In this document: in pieces, positions 10,306 through 18,329 of the stretch
Layout: each line of letters starts with the position of its first letter
How positions within the stretch are numbered: the stretch's first letter is position 1
From: an uncultured Clostridia bacterium
Lineage (GTDB): Bacteria; Bacillota; Clostridia; Christensenellales; UBA1242
Reading direction: 5' to 3'
DNA: 64,000 nucleotides
Assembly (NCBI GenBank): GCA_934754355.1
Contig: CAKVID010000006.1
Span: 2,004 to 66,003 of the forward strand
Program-made: the position numbers and the translations under genes
The notes under the pieces: model-generated
Databases searched by the model: none
What the model saw: only the letters and a program-made list of their open reading frames with translations
What the model was told of the DNA's origin: nothing

Positions 10306-11728
10306 CTTAATTGATGAGAGATTTAATCTAATACTTGATAAAGCAAAACAAAATTATTTGCCTACAGATATAATTAGTAAAGCCTATCAGAAAGCAAGAA
10401 CTCTTCACAAAGAACAATTAAGAAAAGATGGAACTCCATATATTAGTCACCCTGTAGAAGTTGCGTTAATTCTAGCAAAATTAGATTTTGATGAGAATGT
10501 AATTTGCGGAGCATTGCTTCATGATACAATTGAAGATTGTGGATACACTCCTGAACAGATGAAAAAAGATTTCAATAGTGCAATTTTTGAATTGGTAGAT
10601 TGTGTAAGTGCAATTGACAATACAAAGTATGTTTTTGACAAAAACAATATATATGAAGACGAAAACTTTGTAAAATCATCTGCCGAAGAACAAACATTTA
10701 TTAAATTAATAAGTCTAGGCAAAAAGAACCCTTGTGGATTTGCAATAAAATTTGCAGATAGATTACACAATTTAAGAACGATAAATTGTTTCGATTATTC
10801 TAAGCAATTAGAGAAAGTGAGAGAGACGGAGAAATGGGTTATTCCAATTGCTAAGGCATTAAAATCGGAGTACTTCTATAGGGCTATTAAAAATGAATGC
10901 TTTAAGATTGTAAATAAATATAGTGGCAGGCAGTATTTTGAAGCGTATGAGAGTTATCATAATGCAAACAAAAAGACTATTGAGAAATTAAATATTGACT
11001 TGAAAGAAATATTTGCAGGAACGCCAATTACTACAATTAAAATTAAGAATGTTAGAGAGTATAAAGTCTTTGAAGATTTGAAGAGGATTAATAAATTTAT
11101 AGATATATCCCAAGCCTCTCAAGGACAAATTATAAGAGTTACAAATTATAATATATATTTACTTTACAAAGATGTAAGTCATACAACTGCTATTATGGAA
11201 GTTTTGGATAGTTTGTCTAGAACAAAGATGAAAGTTATTGATGCCAAGATTGGTGGATTTACAGATAAGGTGTATTTGCAATTTCAAGATAACTTCTATA
11301 ATAAATTCAATATTTACATAATGAGCGAGAGTGAATATCAGATAACCAAAGTTGGAACTCTTGATGGGCAAAATCTAGATAGAATTGATGAAGATAATAT
11401 TAACAATCTTGAAGAAGAATTAATCAAAATAAAAACTAGGTCTAATGAAGTTAAGTATATTGCAAAGAATAGTACCGTTTTGGATTTTGCATTTAAAATT
11501 CACAAAGATATCGGGTTTGCTTTCAAATACGCAATAATTAATGATGGTAAAACTAAATTTCCACCTTACACCAAAATTAATAATAATGATAAAGTGGAAA
11601 TAATTGTAGATAAAGATATCAATGGTAATTTGATTGTTAATGCTAAATTAAGATGGCTTGCATATGTTAATACCGAACTTGCCAAGAAAATACTTATCAA
11701 ATATTTTGAAGAAAAGTTAGTTCGATGA
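10295..11728 (+). CDS. RelA/SpoT-homologue with intact HD hydrolase domain, degenerate synthetase-like middle region and TGS domain (hydrolase-only RSH)
   Basis: HD motifs present: 'SHPVEVALILA...ALLHDTIEDCG' and 'FADRLHNLRTI'. TGS-like 'STVLDFAFKIHKDIGFAFKYAIINDGK...INNNDKVEI'. The middle region aligns by position with a SYNTH domain but lacks DxxGxR, GYxSxH and E-x-Q-x-R-T (it reads NYNIYLLY, GGFTDKVY and FNIYIMSESEY instead). Confidence 0.7.
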   Translation: MMSDLIDERFNLILDKAKQNYLPTDIISKAYQKARTLHKEQLRKDGTPYISHPVEVALILAKLDFDENVICGALLHDTIEDCGYTPEQMKKDFNSAIFELVDCVSAIDNTKYVFDKNNIYEDENFVKSSAEEQTFIKLISLGKKNPCGFAIKFADRLHNLRTINCFDYSKQLEKVRETEKWVIPIAKALKSEYFYRAIKNECFKIVNKYSGRQYFEAYESYHNANKKTIEKLNIDLKEIFAGTPITTIKIKNVREYKVFEDLKRINKFIDISQASQGQIIRVTNYNIYLLYKDVSHTTAIMEVLDSLSRTKMKVIDAKIGGFTDKVYLQFQDNFYNKFNIYIMSESEYQITKVGTLDGQNLDRIDEDNINNLEEELIKIKTRSNEVKYIAKNSTVLDFAFKIHKDIGFAFKYAIINDGKTKFPPYTKINNNDKVEIIVDKDINGNLIVNAKLRWLAYVNTELAKKILIKYFEEKLVR

Positions 11729-11743
11729 GGAAAGGAGAAAATT

Positions 11744-12229
11744 ATGAATTTAGTAGAAAAAGTAAAAACTTTAGCAAAAGATAATAAAGTATATCTTTAT
11801 TTTGATATGGACGGCACTTGTGTAGAATACAAAAGTGGGGAAATAGATTTGATTAAAGGGAATGCAAAAGATTTCTTCCTAACCAAAAGGCCATTATTTT
11901 CAATTCTTAAAATTATGGAAGATTTGGCAAATACAGAGAATGTAATTGTAGGGATATTATCTAATTGCTATTTTGATGAGCAGAAACAAGACAAAATTAC
12001 TTGGCTACAAAAATATGCACCATTTATTAAAAGAGAAAATATTAACATAATAGTGCTTAATAATGAGATTTACACTCAAGACACTAAGGATTATTTGAAG
12101 CCAAATTTACTTAAAAAATTACATAACGATACAACATATGTATATTTGATAGAAGATAACCATCAAATTTTGAAAGCAACAAGAAAAAGTGGACTAAATG
12201 GCGAACATATAAGCACACTTATTAGTTGA
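11744..12229 (+). CDS. HAD-superfamily phosphatase, NT5C (5'(3')-deoxyribonucleotidase)-like
   Basis: 161 aa with the motif I 'YLYFDMDGTCVEY' (DxDGT). The size and layout fit the small NT5C-type nucleotidases. It lies 15 nt after the RSH gene. Confidence 0.5.
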   Translation: MNLVEKVKTLAKDNKVYLYFDMDGTCVEYKSGEIDLIKGNAKDFFLTKRPLFSILKIMEDLANTENVIVGILSNCYFDEQKQDKITWLQKYAPFIKRENINIIVLNNEIYTQDTKDYLKPNLLKKLHNDTTYVYLIEDNHQILKATRKSGLNGEHISTLIS

Positions 12230-12303
12230 TGATATTAAAAATCAATTCATATTGTTGTTTAATGTGTTATACTAAAAAAAATATTATGACTGCATTAACA
12301 AAC

Positions 12304-12339
12304 AAAAAAATTCCTTAAATTTTATTAAGGAATTTTTTT
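12304..12339. terminator. Bidirectional hairpin terminator
   Basis: aattcctta (12309-12317) pairs with taaggaatt (12326-12334), with an A-run on one side and a T-run on the other. Confidence 0.65.
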
Positions 12340-12468
12340 AATATTAATCGTCTAAGTTTATATTTTCAAATAAAGCACTACTATCTAGGATATATCCTTG
12401 ATTTGAAATGGTGTAAAAAGACGAGTTTAAAAATATGTTTATTTTTAGAATATGATGTTAAGACTTTA

Positions 12469-13377
12469 TTATTGTTCAAGCAAAGACATAAGCGCATTTT
12501 TTTCATCTTGGTCTATTTTTATATTATTTGCTATAAAATCTTGAATAGCACAGCCGACAGCTAAATCTTTATTAAAGTATTGTTTATACACATTTATATC
12601 ATAAAAATCGTCTTGAGATTTTCTTTGCTTTGTAAAAAATTCTAGTATTTTTCTTAAGACATAGAAATCTAGGTCGGGGTTATCCGTAAATAGCATTTCA
12701 TATATGAGCGAATTTATTTTTGTATAATTCCATTTCTTAATAAAATATTGCATTGTTTGATTTTCATAATCATCAACTGCGACTAGGCTTTGGCTACTAT
12801 TGTCTATAAAACATTTTTTGCCATTCATATCATAAAACATATCGTCATTTTCATTGATTTTGTAGTTGCCAAAGTCAATGAGATAAATTCCACCATCATA
12901 TACTATATTAGATTTTGTTAAATCTAATAGTCTTATACCTGCTTGACTTATTAGTTCAACATCATTTGCAAGAATGGATAATTCTTCAATAAAATGAGAC
13001 ATGGGGTCGTTTAATACATTTTTTGCATTGGATATGTATTTCATTGTAAACCCAACAAGTTTATCGTCTTGAAATAATTTTTGTTTAGGCATAAGAATTC
13101 TAGAAGTTTTCAGTGAAGCAAGATAATCTAATTCATCTGCTGTTTTATGTGTAAATCTGTAATTATCTCTAAAGATTTTATATGTTAGATTGTCATCGTG
13201 ATAAACAAGCACTTCTGAACCGTCAGAACTTAATAAATTTAAAGTATCGATATCAATTTTTTGACCGTCATCTGTAACAAGATTGCCTTGTGTTAACACA
13301 TCTTTATTTTCTTCGTTTTGCGTCTTGTGCCATTCATTAAATTTTAAAACTTCATTTTTAATGTCATCGGTTAACAT
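12469..13377 (-). CDS. Protein-kinase-like fold protein (ePK-like catalytic loop and DFG)
   Basis: 302 aa. 'LLDLTKSNIVYDGG.IYLIDFGN' corresponds to the (H)RDLKxxN catalytic loop plus DFG. 'LTYKIFR' is a candidate VAIK lysine strand. RBS AAGGAA lies upstream of the ATG at 13377. Confidence 0.55.
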   Translation of the reverse strand: MLTDDIKNEVLKFNEWHKTQNEENKDVLTQGNLVTDDGQKIDIDTLNLLSSDGSEVLVYHDDNLTYKIFRDNYRFTHKTADELDYLASLKTSRILMPKQKLFQDDKLVGFTMKYISNAKNVLNDPMSHFIEELSILANDVELISQAGIRLLDLTKSNIVYDGGIYLIDFGNYKINENDDMFYDMNGKKCFIDNSSQSLVAVDDYENQTMQYFIKKWNYTKINSLIYEMLFTDNPDLDFYVLRKILEFFTKQRKSQDDFYDINVYKQYFNKDLAVGCAIQDFIANNIKIDQDEKNALMSLLEQ

Positions 13378-13411
13378 TTATAATTTCCTTATATTTATTT
13401 GTGCGTACTTA

Positions 13412-13522
13412 GCGGGAGAGTAATCTAAATATCTCGTGTGGAAGCACGAGTACAAAGCGGAACGCGGGTTCGTGAGTGAAACTCACATGAGATGAAATCT
13501 CATAAACTCCCGCAATAAGAAG
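13412..13522 (-). ncRNA. Copy A of a ~107-nt structured repeat (multi-hairpin, closed by GCGGGAG/CTCCCGC); 5' leader of the kinase-like gene
   Basis: Nearly identical to 13843-13949. Hairpins are CTCGTG/CACGAG, GAAC/GTTC, GTGAG/CTCAC and ATGAGAT/ATCTCAT. It lies between the minus-strand promoter (13530-13558) and the start codon at 13377. Strand is assigned from the promoter and gene context. Confidence 0.5.
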
Positions 13523-13529
13523 TATAGTG

Positions 13530-13558
13530 ATTATAGCACGAATTTTTTACACTTGCAA
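13530..13558 (-). promoter_or_regulatory. Sigma-A-type promoter reading toward copy A and the kinase-like gene
   Basis: The minus strand reads TTGCAA (13558-13553), 17 nt, TATAAT (13535-13530). Confidence 0.6.
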
Positions 13559-13804
13559 TATTTATTCTAAAATAAACAAGTGAGACTAATTTTTAATGAT
13601 ATTGGCGTTGCCAATGATATTGACCGAGGGCAATGAAATTACTCACTTCGTTTGTAATGATATAAAATTGAACCTTTACTTTTGTACTAGCAAAAATATC
13701 GTTGCGTAGCAATATCATTCGCATTAGCGAATATCTCTGAAACGTAAGGATCAATTTCATTGTAAACAAAAAGAAAAGCCAATAAGACTTTCCTTCTTGT
13801 TTAC

Positions 13805-13824
13805 TTGGTGGACGTGGCGGGAGT
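13805..13824 (-). repeat. Direct duplicate of the last 20 nt of the tmRNA gene (att-like scar)
   Basis: tggtggacgtggcgggagtt at 13805-13824 is identical to 14004-14023. In RNA sense this is AACTCCCGCCACGTCCACCA, the 3' T-stem plus acceptor plus CCA. Both copies have the same orientation. Confidence 0.85.
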
Positions 13825-13842
13825 TGTCTATTTAGATACTCT

Positions 13843-13949
13843 GGGAGTAATCTAAATATCTCGTGTGGAAGCACGAGTACAAAGCGGAACGCGGGTTCGT
13901 GAGTAAAACTCACATGAGATGAAATCTCATAAACTCCCGCAATAAGAAG
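13843..13949 (-). repeat. Copy B of the ~107-nt structured repeat (an extended form starts at 13818)
   Basis: Differs from copy A by one loop substitution (gtgagtGaaactcac vs gtgagtAaaactcac). It also has an extra TATTTAGAT/ATCTAAATA hairpin between two GGGAG direct repeats. The closing stem can use GCGGGAG at 13818-13824. Confidence 0.7.
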
Positions 13950-13960
13950 AGTGTTGAATT

Positions 13961-13989
13961 AAAAACACAAGGTTAGAAAAACACTTGTG
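13961..13989 (-). terminator. Terminator of ssrA
   Basis: On the minus strand CACAAG...CTTGTG is followed by TTTTT, just 3' of the tmRNA CCA end. Confidence 0.6.
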
Positions 13990-14003
13990 ATTGAAATTAA
14001 GAA

Positions 14004-14368
14004 TGGTGGACGTGGCGGGAGTTGAACCCGCGTCCATATATCCTGCAAACAACTTTCTACATAATTAGTTGCATTTTATTTAGAGTGGTGGAGAATATAT
14101 ACTTGCAACAAAACTCTATTCTCACCGCACAAAAATTTAGTTACAAAGTTGCCTTTGTGCCAACAAATTTTGCACCGCTATTTAATTTGATGCTTGCTTT
14201 TGACCAGTAGCGAAATCAAGGCAAACACGCTCTACTGCTAAACTTACGCAGCTAAAGCAAGTTCAGATTTACTATCTGCAGTTAAATTTAATTTTGAACC
14301 TATAACGCAGTTCAACCGTTATGCTTTTTTGTTCACACTAGAGTATATGTCGAAACCAATACACGCCC
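14004..14368 (-). ncRNA. ssrA: tmRNA (transfer-messenger RNA)
   Basis: The 5' GGGCGUG pairs with the 3' CACGUCC-ACCA, including G3-U. The 5' region has GGUUUCGACA. The T-arm is GCGGGUUCAACUCCCGC. An internal tag frame at 14279-14244 reads GCA...GCG TAA = ADSKSELALAA*. It lies immediately downstream of smpB. Confidence 0.93.
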
Positions 14369-14374
14369 ATAAAA

Positions 14375-14821
14375 TTATCTGTACTTTTTTAGTTCTCGCT
14401 CGGTTTCTCTCTTGATATCTTTCTCTGCCAATGTCTTCTTTTTGTCGTATAAATGTTTGCCTTTGGCAAGAGCAATTTCAATTTTTATTAGGTTGTCTTT
14501 AAGATATATCTTAAGAGGAACACAGGTAAAGCCTTTTTCTTGGGTTTTACTAATTAATTTGGCAATTTCGCTAGAGTTAAGAAGCAATTTTCTACTTCTT
14601 TTCTCATCTAATTTGTCTATAGTTGCATCTTTGTAATTAGAGATATGCATATTCTTTATAAATGCTTCATTGTGGCTAAATGTGATGAAACTATCTTTGA
14701 GATTAGTATGTCCAAGTCTTATAGACTTAACTTCACTTCCTGCAAGTACAATTCCTGCTTCAAAAGTAGATATGATGAAATAATCAAAATAGGCTTTCTT
14801 GTTGGTAGCAATAATTTTCAT
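14375..14821 (-). CDS. smpB: SsrA-binding protein
   Basis: 'KIIATNKKAYFDYFI...GSEVKS.R' is the typical SmpB N-terminus. The start is at 14821, with AAAGGAG 7 nt upstream. Confidence 0.93.
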   Translation of the reverse strand: MKIIATNKKAYFDYFIISTFEAGIVLAGSEVKSIRLGHTNLKDSFITFSHNEAFIKNMHISNYKDATIDKLDEKRSRKLLLNSSEIAKLISKTQEKGFTCVPLKIYLKDNLIKIEIALAKGKHLYDKKKTLAEKDIKRETERELKKYR

Positions 14822-15192
14822 TTTTATCTCCTTTATTTTGCAGTAATTAGATTTTAACACACTTGATGATTTTTTTCAATGAGATTGATGATTTTTTATT
14901 AAAATTAATAAAGATTTGTGTAAAAATAATTAACTTTTTTTGAAATAGGTATTGAAAAATAATGCAAAATAGTATAAACTAATATTGCTTTTGACGCATA
15001 TTTTGCAAAAAAATGTGAATTTTATTCCAAAAAGTATTCAAATGTTTTGCAAAATATTGTATAATATATATAATCTAAAATATAGATGAAATTCAATTTT
15101 AGATTGTACATGCTAAAATTTTGATATTATAGTCAGACTACATGGTGGGTAGTTTGCAAAATTAAAATTAGTTTGAAAGTGAGGGGTATTTT

Positions 15193-16980
15193 ATGGGAGC
15201 AGTTATTGGTATTATTTTGGATATTTTGGCAATTCTAGCAATAATAGTATTTGGATCTTTTATTGTTGTTCTTATTGCTGATTTAATTCTATGTATGTTT
15301 GATAATCACGAGGGAATTATTTTCAATAGAAAGAAGAAATCTTCTACAGAAGAAAGTATTGAAGAAACTAGTACAACTGTTAAGAAAGATGATATTGTAG
15401 TATATTCTAACCAATCCAATCCAAATGGAACTATTGAGACAAAAACAAAGACTGAGAAAGTTGACGGCGAAGTTGTAAGTGAAATAGACTTTGATAAAGC
15501 AGTTGAAGAACAACAAGCATTGAATAGAAAGAGAAATATGGAGAATGCTCCTATTGTTAATGAAGAAGAGCAAAAACCAGTTCAAAGACCAACTCCAAAG
15601 CCAGAACCAAAACCAAAGAAAGAAGACGATGGATTTTGGGATATTGACGAAGACCAAGACTTCAAAGATTTGCTTGATGAAGTAATCAAAGAGGCTAAGG
15701 GTAGTGACAAAAAACAAAAAGAAGTTGTTGTTGAAGAGAAGAAAGAAAGCGAAGAAGACAAATTAGCAAAAGAACAACAAAAGAAAGAACTAGAAGAACT
15801 AAAACAACTAAAAGAGCAACAACAAAAAGAACTTGAAGAATTCAAACAAATGAAAGAAGACTTTGCAAGAGAGAAAGAAGAACAACTTGCTCTTTACAAA
15901 GACAATCTAGACAAACTAAAAGCAGAAGAACTAGATAAATTAAAACAAGAAATTGTTGCTGAACAAGAGAAATTACAACAAGAAAGAGAAAAACTAGAAA
16001 ATAAACAAGAAGAATTAGAAGAAAAGAAAAATTCTGAAACTGTAGGCACTGAAAGAGAAGAGATTGTTAAAGAAACAATTATAAGAGACGAAGAAGAAAT
16101 CAACAAATTGAAATTCAAAAACTTAGTTAGAATGAATAATCGTCTAAGCAGAATTATTAGAGATACAGAGAAATTACAAGACCAAAAGCAAAAAGAATTG
16201 GTTAAGAAAGAATTAGAAAAGAAAAAATTACTAGCCGAAGAACAAGAAGAGAAACTTAGAGAACAAGAAAGAAGAATTGAAATTCAGAGACAAAACCAAG
16301 AAAGACTTGCAAAACAAGCCGAAGCACTAAGAAGAAGAAATGAAATCAATAGAAAATTACAAGAAGTTAGCAAGAAGGCTGGTAAGTATAAATTAGATAA
16401 TACTAAGGTTAAAGTAGTCAAAGAAACAGATCACAATAATCATCATGTAGTTGAAGAAGTTGTTACAACTGTTGAAGAGACTATTCCGGGAACGGATACA
16501 GTAATTAAGACGGTAGAGAAAGAACCTATCAAAGCTGCCCCAACTCCAATTTTTGAGAAAGCATATTATGAGCAAAAATTAGTTGAACTAGATAATGAAT
16601 TGAAAGAAGCAGAGAAAGAACTTAGAGTTAATAAATCTGAATATATTCCACTAACTAGAATTCATAAAGCATATGCTAGAGACAGTGAAAAATTGCGTAA
16701 GAAAGAAATCCAAGTAGCAAAACAGAAAGTTGCTTTGTATGGTGTTAATTCCAAAAATGTTGACCCAGCAAAGAAAGCAAAACTAGATGAAAATTTGGCA
16801 TCACTTTCTGAACTAAAAGATAGTGTAGAGCATTGTGAAGAAGTTATCAGAAAGAATAAAGATAGATATCCTGTTCTAGAGAAAAACAATAAACTTCTAA
16901 ATAAACAAGTTGATAGAATTAATGATGATATCAAGACTTGTGAGAAAGCAATCTCTTATTACAATAAGAAACAAAAATAA
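15193..16980 (+). CDS. Membrane-anchored, highly charged (E/K-rich) coiled-coil protein
   Basis: 595 aa with an N-terminal TM helix (AVIGIILDILAILAIIVFGSFIVVLIADLIL) followed by long EEK/KEL heptad-like low-complexity sequence. RBS GTGAGGGG. Confidence 0.7.
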   Translation: MGAVIGIILDILAILAIIVFGSFIVVLIADLILCMFDNHEGIIFNRKKKSSTEESIEETSTTVKKDDIVVYSNQSNPNGTIETKTKTEKVDGEVVSEIDFDKAVEEQQALNRKRNMENAPIVNEEEQKPVQRPTPKPEPKPKKEDDGFWDIDEDQDFKDLLDEVIKEAKGSDKKQKEVVVEEKKESEEDKLAKEQQKKELEELKQLKEQQQKELEEFKQMKEDFAREKEEQLALYKDNLDKLKAEELDKLKQEIVAEQEKLQQEREKLENKQEELEEKKNSETVGTEREEIVKETIIRDEEEINKLKFKNLVRMNNRLSRIIRDTEKLQDQKQKELVKKELEKKKLLAEEQEEKLREQERRIEIQRQNQERLAKQAEALRRRNEINRKLQEVSKKAGKYKLDNTKVKVVKETDHNNHHVVEEVVTTVEETIPGTDTVIKTVEKEPIKAAPTPIFEKAYYEQKLVELDNELKEAEKELRVNKSEYIPLTRIHKAYARDSEKLRKKEIQVAKQKVALYGVNSKNVDPAKKAKLDENLASLSELKDSVEHCEEVIRKNKDRYPVLEKNNKLLNKQVDRINDDIKTCEKAISYYNKKQK

Positions 16981-17012
16981 TTAATTTGATTATATAGATT
17001 GATTATAAAAAA

Positions 17013-17042
17013 AGCCAAGTTTAGTTTACTTGGCTTTTTTTG
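17013..17042 (+). terminator. Rho-independent terminator
   Basis: agccaagt...acttggct followed by a T-run. Confidence 0.75.
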
Positions 17043-17149
17043 TGCATAGAAAAATCTAATTATTGTGTCATTAATTTATTTGGTTCAAAAAATATATTTA
17101 AAAATTATTTAGCGAGTATAAAAAATAAAAAAACTGTGCAACTATTTTC

Positions 17150-17415
17150 GATGGTGCAGTCGCAAATATTCTGTAGCAATTCGCTCCTTCAAAGCACCCT
17201 TATGGCACATACCTTAAATCTTTTTAATGCTGCTTCATTCCTGACCTGACATGGTTCAAAGCAAGATATTGCATAAGACCTTGATATCATCACTTCAATA
17301 CTATAGAAGTACTTACTCTGCATTAACACCTAGAATAGTGTTCGGCTCCGCATATAGTGGGTTTCGGATACAGGGCACCACTAACTCCCCGCTTAGCACA
17401 GTACAAGTATTATAT
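17150..17415 (-). ncRNA. ffs: Signal recognition particle RNA, long Bacillus-type (with Alu domain)
   Basis: The minus strand contains GUCAGGUCAGGAAUGAAGCAGC (complement of 17229-17250), which is the domain IV motif. The 5' region GUGCUAAGCGGGGAGUUAGUGGUGCCCUGUA closely resembles B. subtilis scRNA. The ends are approximate. Confidence 0.85.
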
Positions 17416-17538
17416 CAAAGATTACTCTTTTTTGCAACATTTTAAGCATTAAGATATAATAATTTTTGTTAATTTAATTTGTCGAATAGAACAATTTATG
17501 TTAAACTACAATATACATATAATAAATAAGAGGGAATT

Positions 17539-18270
17539 ATGCCGGATTTTACAGAAAATGCAAAAAGATTTATCACTTGCTATAATCAAATAGATCAATC
17601 GCTTAGATCTCAGTATGATTTAAGTAAGAGTAGTAGTTATACTGAAGTTATTAGAAGGTCATCTAGAATGAATGCTTTTGTGAAGAAATATGAAGATCAA
17701 TTGATAGACTATGGAAGACTTAGAAATGCAATTGTACATTCCTTCAACGAAAGCATGGTTATAGCCGAACCTCATACAGATGTTGTAGAAGAATACGAAA
17801 GACTATCCAAAGTTATTTGTACTCCGCCTCTTGCAGTGGATACAGTTTGCAATAAAGACATTCATACAATTACTAGCGATATTATGTTAAATCAAGTAAT
17901 ACAGAATATCTACAAGACGGGTATTAGTAATTGGCCAGTATACAAAGATGGAATGCTGATTGGTGTGGCTAATTCTAGGAAACTTATCAAGGAAATTGGT
18001 AAAAAAATATATGAGAAGAGAGATATAAATGAATATCTAGAAAATACCAAGATTGAAGACGCAATAAGTAATTTTGGCGAAGATAATTATTATACTATTG
18101 CTAATAAAAATGTAACTCTAGATAAGATTTTGCAATTATTCTCTGAGAATAGAAAATTGAGTTTGATAGTAATAACCGAGAGTGGAAGTTTGCTAGAACA
18201 ACCAATAGGGGTTGTTGCCATTGCAGATATCATGGACGTGAATAAAATTCTGGATAATTATAATAATTAA
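17539..18270 (+). CDS. CBS-pair domain protein with an N-terminal HEPN-like (RNxxxH) domain
   Basis: 243 aa. The N-terminal ~100 aa contain 'YGRLRNAIVHS', an Rx4-6H HEPN-type signature. The C-terminal part ('SNWPVYKDGMLIGV...', '...LIVITESGSLLEQPIGVVAIADIM') is a CBS pair. Confidence 0.55.
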   Translation: MPDFTENAKRFITCYNQIDQSLRSQYDLSKSSSYTEVIRRSSRMNAFVKKYEDQLIDYGRLRNAIVHSFNESMVIAEPHTDVVEEYERLSKVICTPPLAVDTVCNKDIHTITSDIMLNQVIQNIYKTGISNWPVYKDGMLIGVANSRKLIKEIGKKIYEKRDINEYLENTKIEDAISNFGEDNYYTIANKNVTLDKILQLFSENRKLSLIVITESGSLLEQPIGVVAIADIMDVNKILDNYNN

Positions 18271-18329
18271 ACTTGACAATAATATGCATTTGTTGTATAT
18301 TGAAAGTGTTCAAATATGAACGAGCAAAA

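Noticed and set aside
13593-13913. 106-aa minus-strand ORF between the ssrA-proximal repeats
   Set aside because: It starts inside repeat copy B and reads through the tmRNA 3'-end duplicate. It has no RBS and an odd composition, so it is better explained as non-coding.
17040-17445. Two plus-strand ORFs (69 aa and 64 aa)
   Set aside because: They lie entirely within and antisense to the SRP RNA gene and its terminator.
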